Part shown: positions 1 to 12,650 of the stretch, piece by piece
Position numbering within the stretch: position 1 is the first letter of the stretch
How the letters are laid out: the number at the start of each line of letters is the position of its first letter
Source of the DNA: Mobula hypostoma
Lineage: Eukaryota
Assembly: GCF_963921235.1 (NCBI RefSeq)
Contig: NC_086097.1
Span: forward strand, 138,014,001 to 138,078,000
Length of the DNA stretch: 64,000 bases
Reading direction: 5' to 3'
Made by a program: the position numbers and the translations under genes
The notes under the pieces: model-generated
What the model was told of the DNA's origin: nothing
The model's input: only the letters and a program-made list of their open reading frames with translations
Database searches by the model: none

Positions 1-2512
1 CAGGAACAACCCTGAGGACAGTATACCAGCATGGGAAGAATGAAAGAAGCAGGTTCTACTATTATTTACATATTATTATTTAATTATTTATGGTTTCATA
101 TTGCTATATTTATACTCTATTCTTGGTTGGTGCAACTGTAACTAAACTCAATTTCCCTTGGGATCAATAAAGTATGTCTGCCTGTCTAAAAGAATCCTGA
201 AATGTTCTAACATAGGCTACGGCCCTTTGGCCCATCATGTCAGCCCTGACCTTCTGCAAGAATATCCAATGAATCCTATTCACTTATTCTCTTTTACAAA
301 TTAGCGTTGCCCCAGAGATCTATTTGCAATATCCTTAAAAAACAGTGAGGTAATGAGAGGCTGATTTTCTGTACAAAGAGCCCAGACTGTTTAAGCTCAG
401 GGTCAACTCCCCAACCAGAGAAATGAAAAATCTCTTAAACTAAAGCAACAAATACTGTATATCATTTTCCAAAGTTACATATCAGTTCCCATTGTGCCCA
501 CAATGAATAAACCTGCTAAGATTTTACATGGCTAACACTGACCCAATGAGTGCAAGCAATTTATGGACACATTAAGACAAGTCTCCAAGGCACAGCCATT
601 AAACAGGCTAGGATATCGAGTGACGCAGACTGGCGCTATTGTTGCTCAGCCTCCATCCAGGAAGTTTTTGGGTCTGATCTTCTGCCCAGTCTTCCTCCGT
701 CCACTCCCGAGTTTCCTCCCTAATTCCAGACAGGCAGAGACGTTTACATAGCAAGTGAGACACCTCCACTCAAGGGAAAATTTATGCAGGAAGAAGATTG
801 TTGGTCAAAGCACCGGCACTTTGGGTGAGAATCAGTGGTGATTTTGTATCTTTGCACTCTCTCCTTGGAAATTAAGATGGTAAGAAACAACAGGAGTAGG
901 CCAGTTGGCCCATCAAGCCAGCTCTGCCATTCACGGCTGATCCTGCTACTTGTCTACTTGATTCCCATATACCTCATTCACTTCCGGGACAACAATCTGT
1001 CTTTCCCAGCTTTGAACATACACAATGCCTGAGGAGGCAGAGTCTACTAGAGCTGGGAGTTCCAACAATTCATATCTTCCCCAAAGTAAACTGGTGAATA
1101 ATTTTATTATTGTCACATATACCAAGGTACCGTGAAAAACTTTGCTTTGGAAGCCATCCATACAGATCACTTCACTTCAGTACATCAGGGTGGCATTAGG
1201 GAAAGCAATTAAAGAGAATAAGATGTAAGGTCATTTGAGGTCACGAGTCCATCTTAGAGTACTGTTCAATATCTTAGTGCACAACGGGAGACCCATTTTC
1301 CTCAAGCTGTGGCCCTCCTCAGACTCTCCGAAGGGAATTGCCCTCTTGCCTTCCACCCTGTCCGTCACCCCTCGTATGTGTCCGAGTGTGGATTCACAGG
1401 CTGGCAATTCAAAGGTTGCGAATCTAATCCAGTGGTGGTGGGGAGAAGGTGTTGATCCCACACACACTAGAGTTGGAGTGAGTCACACACACCCTCTAAT
1501 AGCAGGGCTCTACCCCAAATTCCCAGTTGCCACTCCAGTCTCCGGTTGTAAGGGAGTGGATTCTAACCCTGCACCTGCTGCCTCAGCACGGAGTCAAGGG
1601 AGAATCCAAAAACCAGGGCAGAACAAGGGCTGAGTTCGATGTCCGATGTCAGGGTCCTGACACCATCTACTCATCAACAGACCTTCAAGAGCAGAAGGGA
1701 ACCAAGTTGTATTGTGATTCTCTTCACAATCTAAGAGAAAATAACCCATTTTGTATCCGGAGTTAAATATTCCGAATACTTCATAGAATTACAACAAAGC
1801 TCAAGACTCTGACGGAATACTCTGTAATATAATTAAAATCTCATTTCCCCAATGAAAGTGCATACAAGTGCAACTGGATATTAAGTGTCTGGAAATTTGG
1901 AGAGGTTCCGATTGGACTGAGATCCTATTGAAACATTCTACAAGGAGCATGTTGGACACATTTTATTGAGACCTTTTGCTGGTCTTTTAACCCATTCTTC
2001 ACTGGGCTGGGATGCAATCTCTTGCTAAGCCCAACCTTCTGGCAAACGAGCACTGGTCCAAAACTCCTATAGGTAGGGTGGGAATGATTGGAAGTGCTCT
2101 GGAATTCTCTTTCCAAGAAGGATTTGGCTGGGTGGAGGGGGGGAGATTCACCTGTGGGTTGGAGGGTTTGCACAACCTGAATGCCAGAGCCAGCCCTTGC
2201 CAGAGAGGTGACTGGAGGGTCTGCCTCACAGAAAAGGCAGAGGAGATCTGGAATGCTCCCAGCTACAATGCCATTGTATTCGGGGTAGCATCCATAATAC
2301 TGAGCATCTGGATAACCATCAGCTGGAAGATTCGAAAGCACAATATCACATTCCACTAGGCTCAAGGACACCTCCTATCCCACGGTTATCGCCCCTTGTG
2401 CTATAAAGATGAAAACTTGATCTCTCAATTTACCTCACCATGGGCCTTGCATTTTGTCTACCTGCAAAGTAATTTCTCTGTAACTGTGACACTGCATTCA
2501 ACAGTCTGCTTT

Positions 2513-2796
2513 CATAGAAACATAGAAACATAGAAAATAGGTGCAGGAGTAGGCCATTCGGCCCTTCGAGCCTGCACCGCCATTTATTATGATCATGGCT
2601 GATCATCCAACTCAGAACCCAGCCTTCCCTCCATACCCCCTGACCCCTGTAGCCACAAGGGCCATATCTAACTTCCTTTTAAACATAGCTAATGAACTGG
2701 CCTCAACAGTTTGCTGTGGCAGAGAATTCCACAGATTCACCACTCTCTGTGTGAAGAAGTTTTTCCTAATCTCGGTCCTAAAAGGCTTCCCTTTAT
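2513..2796 (-). mobile_element. CR1 LINE 3' end, inserted into an older retroposon tail
   Basis: Starts with (catagaaa)x3, the CR1 3' octamer tail on the minus strand, followed by CR1 3'UTR and ORF2 C-terminus (FFTQRVVNLWNSLPQ). Confidence 0.85.
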
Positions 2797-3245
2797 ACTA
2801 CACTGATGTACTTACGTGTGAATGATCTACCCGGACAGCATGCAAACGGAAGCTTCAACCTGTATCTTGGTATGCGTATCAATAAAAACCAATTACTAAT
2901 GAGCAAAAATCTTGCATAAGAGATAAATTTTAAAGATCATTTTAAAGTGAGGTGGGGAGGGAGTTCCAGAACTCAGGATCCAGGCAGCTGAAGGCACGAC
3001 CATCATTTATGCTACAATTGGGTGCAGAGTCGAGATGGAAAAAGAATCAAATACAGGTCAGCCCTGGACTGACGAAAGGGAGAAATGACTTGAGGACTGA
3101 ATGTCTTCCTTTCCCTAATGAAATAACTCATTTCCAGAAAAAAAAGTTTCGGAACTAATGTTTCTGTTGTAACTTCTAATCCTCACACTGACAGCACTTC
3201 ATCTCTAAGGGACATCAAATATGTCGGCTGAAACTTTCCACTCAC

Positions 3246-3347
3246 CATTTTATATTCCTTCCAGGTCCTGTGAAAGTCTACACTGCCGTCCCTTCGGTGT
3301 TGGATGACTGTCCAGCCACCTCCAGCAGTCTCCATGTTGCAGTACAC
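3246..3347 (-). CDS. Angiopoietin exon 6 equivalent, fibrinogen-like domain
   Basis: Not in the ORF track in this frame. gtttcctcttcag|GTG TAC TGC...AAA ATG|gtgagt, 102 bp, phase 0/0. Translates [34 protein letters not shown] ([13 protein letters not shown]...W.EY motif). Confidence 0.96.
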
Positions 3348-3455
3348 CTGAAGAGGAAACAATGGCTTGGCTTAGGGTGACAGCTGGCAAACATTTCACT
3401 CCATGTGTTGTCATATCCACCAGGGAGTCAGTGTATTCACCTGCTACAGCACCAA

Positions 3456-4505
3456 ACATTGATGAAGGCGGGGTGGTAGACATTGTCTACGTAGACTTTG
3501 TAAAGCATTTGACAAAGTCTCGATGGTAAGCTGGTCCAGAAGGCTAAGGTTCATGGGATCCAAGATGAGCTGGGTAATTGGGTGATGGGGGCCTACAATG
3601 GTGGTGTGATGACATTTTTCTGTTTGGAAGACTCTGGCCAGTGGAGTGCCGAAGAAGTGATAGATAGTATATTAATAACTTGCTTGTTAATGTAGAAGCT
3701 ATGATTAGTAAGTTTGTGGATAACATTTAAATTGGTGGCATTGTGGATAGTGAGCAAGGTTGTCTAAGGCTACAGCAAAATAATGATCAGATAGAAAGTT
3801 GGGCAGAATGTTAGCAGATGGAGTTTAGTGCCAACAAGGGTGAGGTGATGCATTTTTTGAAGTCACTCTGAGGTAGGACATACACAATAAATGGTGGGTA
3901 CTATGGAATGCATATAAACTGAGGCACGTGGGGGTCTAGATCCATTGTCCTCTGAAAGCGGTAAGTCAGGTTGATAAGGCAATGAAGAAGGAATAAAGAT
4001 GTCATACTTGCCTACATAGGACAGGTCATGGAATATAAAGTAGGATGTAATACAATACTGGCTAGACAGCATAGTGTGCAGATCTGGTCGCTACACTATA
4101 AGAAGGATGTGATTATGCTAGAGACAGTGCAGAGGAGATTCACCAACATACTGCCTGGATTGGAGGACTTCAGATATGGGGAGAGATTGATTGGTTGGCT
4201 TGTTTTCTCCAGAGCAAGGGTAAAGGTATCAAAATGAGAGGGCATAGATTTGTGAGTGAAAGGAGTTTGAGAGGGACTTAACGGGCAAGGTTTTATACAC
4301 GGTGAGAAGTTGATTTCAGGAATTCACTGCCAGAGGAGGGGGTGGAATCAGGTACAATTATTATATTTAAGAAAGCTTCAAGCAGACACTTAAATAGGTA
4401 CCTTATATGGGCAAATGGGATTAGTGTAGATCGGTAAAGAGGTCAGTGTAGACGTGACAGGCCAAAGGGCCTGTTTCTGGGCTGTTCAACTCTATGCTTC
4501 TATGA
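3456..4505 (+). mobile_element. Degenerate CR1 LINE (RT region to 3' tail)
   Basis: Fragments such as VDIVYVDF/KAFDKV, KFVDN (=KFADD) and VQIWSLHYKKDVIMLETVQRRFT; ends in a ctctatgcttctatg tail. Confidence 0.85.
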
Positions 4506-4933
4506 TGTGTCCACCTAGGCTGGAAGGTCATTGATGTGGGCAGCAGACAGAACAGGAGTTGAAATAAACACATGAGGGAGAAGAGAAAAGAGATGTTGAT
4601 TAGGTGTGAGAAATCGGGCTAGGAAATGGCTCCCACACCATTTTTGAATCCCAATTCCATCTCCATCCTCAATTCCATCTCCTATCCTATGCCTACTTTT
4701 AATATCCAACTTGCGTCCCTCTCCAATGTCTATTTCCTCTCTCATGCAACTTTATGGCCACCTTTCAGGGAGCTCACTGATTGAATCTCTTCATTCACAT
4801 TTTTGTCTCTGCCACAATATAGATAAAGTTCTGCCCGCTCAACAACGTCACATGATATCCTAGTGCTAGTGTTTAGGGATAGGTTGACAATGGCCAACTC
4901 TTGCTTCCTCTCTCTCCTACTGTCCAAATCTCT

Positions 4934-6994
4934 CATCATCACCATCATCAGGTGCCATGCCTAGTCTGAGCTTTGACTGCCATGGCCCACACACTCCTGT
5001 TTCGGGTCAAGTGGATCAATTCATTGGTATTCATTTCCAGTCCTCTGGCTGCTGTCTCCATCATCATTTGTCTTTGCCTTCCTCTTGCTTTCTTCCCTTC
5101 AATCTTTCCCATAATTACCGTGCATTCTAACTCCTCTTTCCTAATCACATGTCCAATGAAGTTACCTTGCCATTTCATGATCTCATACATTATTTCTCTT
5201 TTTCTGCTTGCTCTGTTCATGACATCCTAATTAGATATTCGTTTCGTCCATGATATTCTTCGCATCCTCCTCAAAAACCACATCTCTGCTGCTTCAATTC
5301 ATTTCCTCATGTTACTAGATATTGTCCAACATTCTGATCCATATAACATAATTGGATAAACGTAACATTTCAGTACTCTGAGGCGGGTTGTCATGCCTAG
5401 TTTAGTATTGGTCAGTACACTCTTCATTCTTGTAAAGGTGTCTTTTGCCATCCCTATTCTTCTTTTGATGCCCATGTCGCACCTGCCATCTGATCTCACC
5501 CAGCTTCCTAAGTAGCAACAGTTCTGTACTTGTTTTATGTCTTCCCCATTTATTTTCAGCCTGCAGATAGGATTCTCCTTCTTTTTGGAAATCATCATAC
5601 ATTCTGTCTTTTTACGATTGATAGATAGACCCATTTTTGCACTTTCTTAAACAATTACATCAATTAAGTTTTGTAGTTCTTCCTCCGTACTTGCAATTAA
5701 CACAGCGTCATCTGCATATCTGAAATTATTGATGTTTTCACCGCCAACTTTGATTCCCAAGATGTCTTTTTTTTTTGTAATATTGTTTCACTGTACACAT
5801 TAAACAAATCGGGGAGAAAACACATCCTTGTCTAACGCCTTTCTTGATTTTCGTAAACTGACTCACTTCTCCATCTATTCTTACAGCGGCAGTTTGCTCC
5901 CAGTACAGATTTCTGATTAGGCAGAGGTCTTTCGAATCTAGATCTAGAGTTTCCTGTAATATTTTGAATAACTTATTGTGCTTCACTTTATCAAATGCTT
6001 TTGTGTAGTCGATAAAACAAACAAATCTTTTTGCACTTGAATAGCTCGTGTTTCTTTTACCCTTGTCTTTCAAAAAACCACATTGTTCTTTACCTATTTC
6101 AGCTTGTATCTTACTTTTAGATCTTGTCATCAAAATTCTTAGAAGTATCTTAATGATATGACTCATTAAACTTATGGTCCTATGTAATTCACATTCTATT
6201 GCTCCAGGTTTCTTAGGAAGAGTGATAAGTAATGATTTTTTTCATCTCTTCTGGTATTATTCCAGTCTCATAAATGTCATTGATTAAATCAGTAAGTTTT
6301 TCAATTCCATAATCTTCAAGGGCGATAATTTGTTCTATTACTAATTCATCAGGGCCTGCTGCCTTTCCTTTCTTCATCTTATGTATTGCATTGCAAACTT
6401 CAGATTTTAAAATACTTGGACCTTCAATGTTCTTCTTAATTTCTGATTTTTCGCCTCAATCGTCTTCAAACAATTCCTGAATATACTCAGTCCATCTGTT
6501 CATAATATCATCTTTCTCCATGATAATGGTACCATCCTTTGCTTTCAAACATCCACCTGAAGAACAGAAGAGCTTTTTACCAGTGATATTCTTGATTTGT
6601 TGATGTACCCTTTTTGGATCAGTAATAGGGATTCCTTCCAGTTGCTCACATTTCTGGTTTAACCATTCTTCTTTGGCTTTTTGACATAAGCTTTTTACTT
6701 TTTTATCTGAGGACATACTCCATAGGATTTGCTTTCTTCAGTCTCCTTTCTTCCATTAGATTTTTGATTTCATCTGTCATCCGTTTATTCTTTGTGCTCT
6801 TTTCTTTTTTAGGAATCACTAACTTTGCTGGTTCTACCAAGGCATCCTTCAGAGAGTTAAACTTCGTTTCTACATGATTGCTATCATCTTCAACAGATTC
6901 TATTTCTAGACTTTGAAATCTATTCCTTACTTCAATTGTAAATTTTTGTCTTAAATTTTCTTCTTTAATTAATTGCAAGTAGTCAAGGGATTGT
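4934..6994 (-). mobile_element. RTE-clade LINE, 5'-truncated, with 11-bp TSD
   Basis: RT fragments MSHIIKILLRI, EQCGF, FIDYTKAFDKVKH, GVRQGC, NINNFRYADD, LKCYVYPIMLYGSECWT and GKIEGKKARGRQR. (TGA)n-like tail at 4934-4950. TCCAAATCTCT is repeated at 4923-4933 and 6995-7005. Confidence 0.93.
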
Positions 6995-8440
6995 TCCAAA
7001 TCTCTAGTCTGACATTTATTCCAATTAAACATTAAATTTGTGCCTGGTCTCCATCTCAGTCTCCTGACTATTAATATCATCCCTCATTAACAACTACCAT
7101 AAAGGAACCTGACTGTAACCTTTGGGCTATACATTACCAGAAGATGGGCTTTGGACCAATTTTAGGACCATTTGTATCTGCCCTCATTATCCAGCATGAC
7201 ATAGCCCTGTCCCAAATCCTTAGCTACTTCTGGGCCTTTGCTAATTCAGCAGCCCTTATGATACATTACCTAAACCGAATCTCATCTAAATCTCCCCCTC
7301 TTTGAAATCCTGATGGAGAGTCTTGGCCGGAAACACCAAACGTTTATTCCCCTCTGTAGATGCTACCCGACTTGCTGAGTTCCTTCAGCATTTTGTGTCT
7401 GTCCCTCTCCAAGCTGTCACCAAGATTTAGTTAAGCACTACATGATTTTAAATAACATCTGTGACCTACAACCTCCGAGGCCATTCTTAGCCCCTCAGTC
7501 ACCAGGATCCAGCACTGGCAGCTGCCTAGTCCAAAACTCTAAAGTCTCTTCACAAACCCTCTCTGCCTCTCTCCTTCCTCATCTTTGTGTCACCTGCCCT
7601 AATATCTGCATCGATAAGGCTCTTTTTGGGATTGGTAAGAGATCTGAAGGTCATAAACCTATGACAGGATCGGGCTGCAATGTGGACGTAGATCTAGCTG
7701 TAGACTGAGATTAATAATCCACCCTCCTGTGTGTCTTTATAATTCATAAAATGTCGGAGGTAAATTGTCACTTTAGAGAAACGCTTTCTGGTGAAAAGTG
7801 AAAGAGATTAAAACAGAGATCATATTGCTCTCTGAAGTGCTGCGGTGGGGCCTCAGCACTGACTGGGCCATTGATGGATCTGTAGTCACTTTCTCCACAG
7901 CTCAGCCCTGTCGAGGAGCTGGCTTCCGCCTGCAGCCAAGAATCCATCACTCATGGCTGACAGGTCCTAATGAGGGGAGCCAGTCACTCAACTCACTAGC
8001 ATCGAGGCACTGGACATTGGCTCTGGGGACCTGGGAACTTTCCACTTCATCAACCTCCTTACCAGCCCTCCGGTGTTTCTACTGGGGTGAGACTGCCCCC
8101 CTGTCAGAGGGTCAAGTGTGAGGGGGGTTTGTACCAGAACTAAGTGTGATCTGCCACAGTGAAGAGGTGTATGAAGTAATGTGCGTTGTACAAACAAATT
8201 GAGGCCTACTTTCCATTGTAGAGCTCATCGAGACTGAACTGTTTCTCCCACCCGCCCACTGGGCCCCGACACCAGCAGCTAATCTTTGGTGAGGCCCTTG
8301 AAACAACTGGAGGATGTGAGAGATTTGGTGAGATGGCAGTGTTGGCGGGAGGGAAGGGTAAGGGGTAAGATGAGAGGGATTTGAACTCAACTCAACCCGT
8401 CACTATTTCAGACAGATCACAAAGACAGTAGGTTCTGAAT

Positions 8441-8586
8441 GACGCAAACACGAGGAAACCCGCAGATGCCGGAAATTCAAGCAACACACACAAAATGCTG
8501 GTGGAACACAGAAGGCCAGACAGCATCCATAGGAAGAAGCACAGTCGACGTTTCAGGCAGAGACTCTTCGTCAGGACTAACTGAAA
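8441..8586 (-). mobile_element. PLE terminal-repeat fragment containing a hammerhead motif (8543-8578)
   Basis: Same terminal sequence as the PLE at 16404-17754. The minus strand reads AGTC-CTGACGA-A-GAGT-CTCT-GCCT-GAAACGTC-GACT. Confidence 0.85.
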
Positions 8587-9499
8587 CAGCCCAGGCTTCA
8601 GAGTTGATGAAGCAGCAGGTACTTGTTTGACAGGAAGTGCACCATAATGAGCTTCCAGAAAGGCCTTACTGTCTCCTCAATGTCACTGGGACAAACTCCT
8701 GGATGCTCCTAGGTTGGAGGAAGTTTAATAACCATTGATAAGTTCCCTCCATTTTGTAGAAACCTATCTGGAGCCATAGCTGATTGGGTGTGAATACCCA
8801 ATACTTCAGAGGATCAGATTACCTTATACAACACCAGTGTGTGAAGCCTTGTTATCCCCCCCCCAAACACCCATTACTTGCTCATTTATATCTTGTGATT
8901 TGAATAAAAGAAATACAGTGCTAACGACAAGAAAAAGTGACTTTGAAATTATTCGCAGTGTTGTGACAGGGGAGCTAATGGTGGACTGCGACCCGTAAGA
9001 AAACCTAGACAAGGGGCTTGTCTGTATTTTACAAATTCACATGATTTCAGTCTGAGATTCACAATTGCCTATACCCCTAGAGCTATGCGATGCACGAACA
9101 AGGCTGAGATTTTAGGTCTGGTTGCAAGAGAGACCAGGAAGGCTGGGACTGTTATTCCTGGAAGAGGGGAGGCTGAGAGGGGGTGGGGGGAGCTGATAGA
9201 GGTGTACAAAATTATGATTGTGGAGACAGTTGCCAAGGAGGGTGGGTCAGAGACAAGAGGATGGAGGTGTAAGGTAGAGGGTTGGAGGTTTGGAGGGGGA
9301 GGAGGGAGGATCTAAGCGGGATTTTTTTTCACTCAGTGTGAGTGGTGGGTAGAAGGTACTGATTGAGGAATGGTGGAGGTAGACACTCTCACAAAATCTA
9401 AGAAGCATCCAGACAAGAACATGAATTTCCAAGGCATGGAAGACTATAGACCCAATATAAATATATGGGATTACTGTAGATGGGTATGGTACAATGGGT

Positions 9500-9501
9500 G
9501 G

Positions 9502-9570
<69 letters not shown>
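9500..9570. repeat. (GT)n microsatellite
   Basis: Near-perfect GT run. Confidence 0.95.
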
Positions 9571-9572
<2 letters not shown>

Positions 9573-10028
9573 CCTGTCTTTGAGCCGTGTGACTCAATGA
9601 CTTTCTGACTACAGAGGGACTGTGGTCCAACTGACAGGATAGTATTAAATGAAATATCATTGTTGGTTGGGATCACTCTTATTTCAGAGAACTTAACTTT
9701 ATAAGTTTATAAAATGAGTTGATGAGTTTATTTATCACATTTAAACATTTGCTGTAATCTTTGTGCTGGCACAGTGTCTCAAGAATTTGTTCCAAGATTC
9801 AGGAATTGACAAATAACGGGGATAATTGGTTCTTAAGTGAAAGCCAGCAAACAAATGAACTAATCCCAGTCTAATTTATTCCTGGCACACCACGCTCCTG
9901 CAGTTTCCCATGCCAGCTTGCAATCTGTGTGTGTGTTTTAGCCGTGTGTCTGTTTTCCTGTGATTGTCAGTGTAAATCGGTTATGACTACTTTGACAGCC
10001 AGTGGCACAGGGTCAGGACTGCACAAGG

Positions 10029-10180
10029 GTGTGTGTGTTTGTGTGTGTGTGTGTGTGTGTGTTTGTTTGTGTGTGTGTTTGTTTGTGTATGTGTGTGTGT
10101 GTTTGTGTATGTGTGTGTTTGTGTGTGTGTTTGTGTGTGTGTATGTGAGTGAGAGAAAGAGAGAGATTGAGAAAGAAAGA
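10029..10180. repeat. Compound (GT)n/(GTTT)/(GA)n microsatellite
   Basis: Interrupted GT repeats followed by a GA-rich tract. Confidence 0.9.
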
Positions 10181-11353
10181 AAAACTGTGAAGCATGAGTA
10201 TGTGAGAGAGTCTGTATGTCTGAGGTATGTATCAGAATAAATCGGCAACAGCTCTGAACTGGTGAACAACGAGCAGGCGATCAGCTCTGCACAGAATTGA
10301 AGGAGGAAAAAAATCATCGCATTTTTAAAATTTGTCAGTGAAAGCAAGAAACTGCTTTTTCAGACCAAATAAAAATGTGAACAGTCAACGTCAGATAGAG
10401 GGAACATCCACTTCTTGTTCTGGCCTCCACCAACCATGTCATGTGTCCCAAATGAAGCTTCACAGCCACCGAAAGGGCTCCACAATGGGGGTCTAGACAT
10501 GTGACAACACAGCAAAATAATTCATACTTCCACCCCATCATTACTGGGACAGAATGTCCTGGGGAGCTTCAGAGGAACCTTAGCAAACACACAGTGTCTG
10601 CTGAGTGACAGAAAGATAGACAGTCAAGAGCTGGGTCAGAGCAGGAGGGACTACAGGGTGTGTTACGCACCGAAAGGGGTGTGGAGAATTAGAAGAAGGT
10701 GGCATGGTGGTGCAAGATGACATGGGGAATGTGAAGATGAAGGTGTATATCAGCCAGGAGTTCGAGGAGCTGATATAGTGTGAGGTGATGCTGGAAGGGA
10801 TGGAGGACACAGAGCTGCCATCCACTTCAGTATCCACAGATAGAACGATGGTGTCCACGGGACAGTCAGCTCTAGAGGTGGCAGGATCGGCAGTGATGGT
10901 TACCTGGGGGCTGGGGTGGGGCTGGAGGATGTCAGTTTGGTGAGGGGACGCAATGTAGTCTCAGAATCATCTTGGGGACAACTCTCAGACCAATACGAAG
11001 ACTCACATGGCCCAGTGTAGATGTGGAACCAAGGGTCTGATGTCTCTGAAGCCAAGGAAGGGCCTAATGATGTTGGACCCAACTGCTCATTCAGGCTGGA
11101 AAAAACTTCCAGAGTAACGCTCAGGGTGACTGGAACCTGAGGGAAAAAATCCAGCCACTACCCCATAGCTGTAACCCCTCACCCTCTCTCCCTCACTTAT
11201 CCCCAGACTCCATCATCTGGATGCTGACAGGTCCCACTGCCCACCATGTGCTGCTCAATGCTGAGATGGCGAGGAGCAGTCCCCCTCATCCCTGGACCCC
11301 TCACTTCACACGGACCATGGCCCAAAGTCCCGGAGCGAGTTCTCACGCCTTGC

Positions 11354-11463
11354 CTTCCTGGGCTCCGACATCTCAGCGAGGCGGATGCTGTAGACCCCAC
11401 TCGTGTTGTGGCCAGCCTCATAGGCCTCAGCACAGTCCCGGAATAACTTCTCCTCCGGTTTCC
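11354..11463 (-). CDS. Angiopoietin exon 5 equivalent, linker and start of fibrinogen-like domain; GC donor
   Basis: Not in the ORF track in this frame. ctctctccaatcctag|GG AAA CCG...AGG AAG|gcaagg, 110 bp, phase 1/0. Translates (G)KPEEKLFRDCAEAYEAGHNTSGVYSIRLAEMSEPRK, with the FRDC and SGVY motifs. Confidence 0.92.
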
Positions 11464-11629
11464 CTAGGATTGGAGAGAGGAAATGGAGAGCTAGTTACAG
11501 GGCTGGAGTGTTCTGTGATTCGGAGATTCAGACCTAATGAAACTGGCCTCTTCCTGCCTACATTCTAGTACACATACAAATTAATCTGAGCTACGGACTC
11601 AATGAGCAAGGCACAGTGCGAGAAGCAGG

Positions 11630-11760
11630 ACTGAGGGAGTGTCACACTGTGGGATGGACGGTACTGAGGGAGTGTCAGACTGTGGGATGGACAGTACTGA
11701 GGGAGTGTCACACTGGGGATGGACAGTACTGAGGGAGTGTCACACTGTGGGATGGACAGT
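11630..11760 (+). repeat. 33-bp minisatellite, 4 copies
   Basis: Unit ACTGAGGGAGTGTCACACTGTGGGATGGACAGT, head to tail, no spacers; the third unit is 32 bp. Confidence 0.95.
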
Positions 11761-11769
11761 ACCGAGAAA

Positions 11770-12650
11770 GTTCCTGGAAATTAGAGAATCGATGTTCATG
11801 CCATCAGATCGGAGGCTATCCAGATGGAATATGAGGTGTTTCTCTTCCACACTGGGAGCAGTCTCATCATGACAGTTGAAGAGGCCATGGACCGACATGT
11901 TGGAATGGGTAGGGGGATTGGAATTAAAATGGTTGTCCTCCAGCATATCTTGCTCGTTGCTGCTGGAGTGACAAAGTGTGTGGGGTTTTGCCAGCGAAAA
12001 GGAATCAAATACTGTAGCTGGAGGACTGGAGGACCAAATACTGTAGCTGATCCCAACAGACACACAGGTGAAGTGTTGCCTTACCTGGAAGGACTGTTTG
12101 GGGCCTGAATGCGGGGGGGGTGGTGTGCGGACAAGCGAGGAGGTAAGTGGGCATGTGCAGCACTCCTTGTGCTCGCAGTGATAATTGCCAGGAGGGAGAG
12201 GGATGAATGGAGAAGGTGATCATTGAGGGAGCAATCCCGGTGGAAAGTGGAGTGTGAGAAGCAGGGGGGGAGGGCTGATTGAAGGTATGTTTGGTGGTAG
12301 GATCTGATTGAAGATGGAGGAAGCTGCAGAGAGTGATGCGCTGATTGCAGAGGCTCATGGGGTGGTAGTTAAGGACAAGAAGTACTCTGTCCTTGTTAGG
12401 GTGCTGGTAAGGGCAGATGTCAGGGAAATGGAAGCAAGGTGGGCTTGGGCAGCATCAATGGTGGAGCTTGGGAACCTCTGTCCTCTGAAGAAGGAGAACA
12501 CCTCCGATATTCTGGAAAGGAAAGGCTCATCCTGGGAACCGATGTGGCAGAGACGAAGAAACTGAGAAAAGGGAATAGCATTTTTACAAGTTATAGGTTG
12601 GGAAGAAGTATTGTCTGTATAGCTGTGAGAGTCAGTGGGTTAGTAGGTAG
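11770..12650 (-). mobile_element. Degenerate Penelope-like element (thumb/GIY-YIG region)
   Basis: Minus strand encodes HFNSNPPTHSNMSVHGL...EEKHLIFHLDSLRSDGMNID, homologous to the intact PLE frame at 16670-17401; many frameshifts. Confidence 0.85.

Noticed and set aside
1..3245. Angiopoietin exon 7 (GFG...WLGN...DWEG)
   Set aside because: No such motif found; it probably lies before position 1.
9247..10347. His/Thr- and Cys/Val-rich ORFs
   Set aside because: Translations of (CA)n/(GT)n microsatellites.
11630..11760. CRISPR-like 33-bp repeats
   Set aside because: Units are contiguous with no unique spacers, no cas genes are present, and the context is vertebrate.
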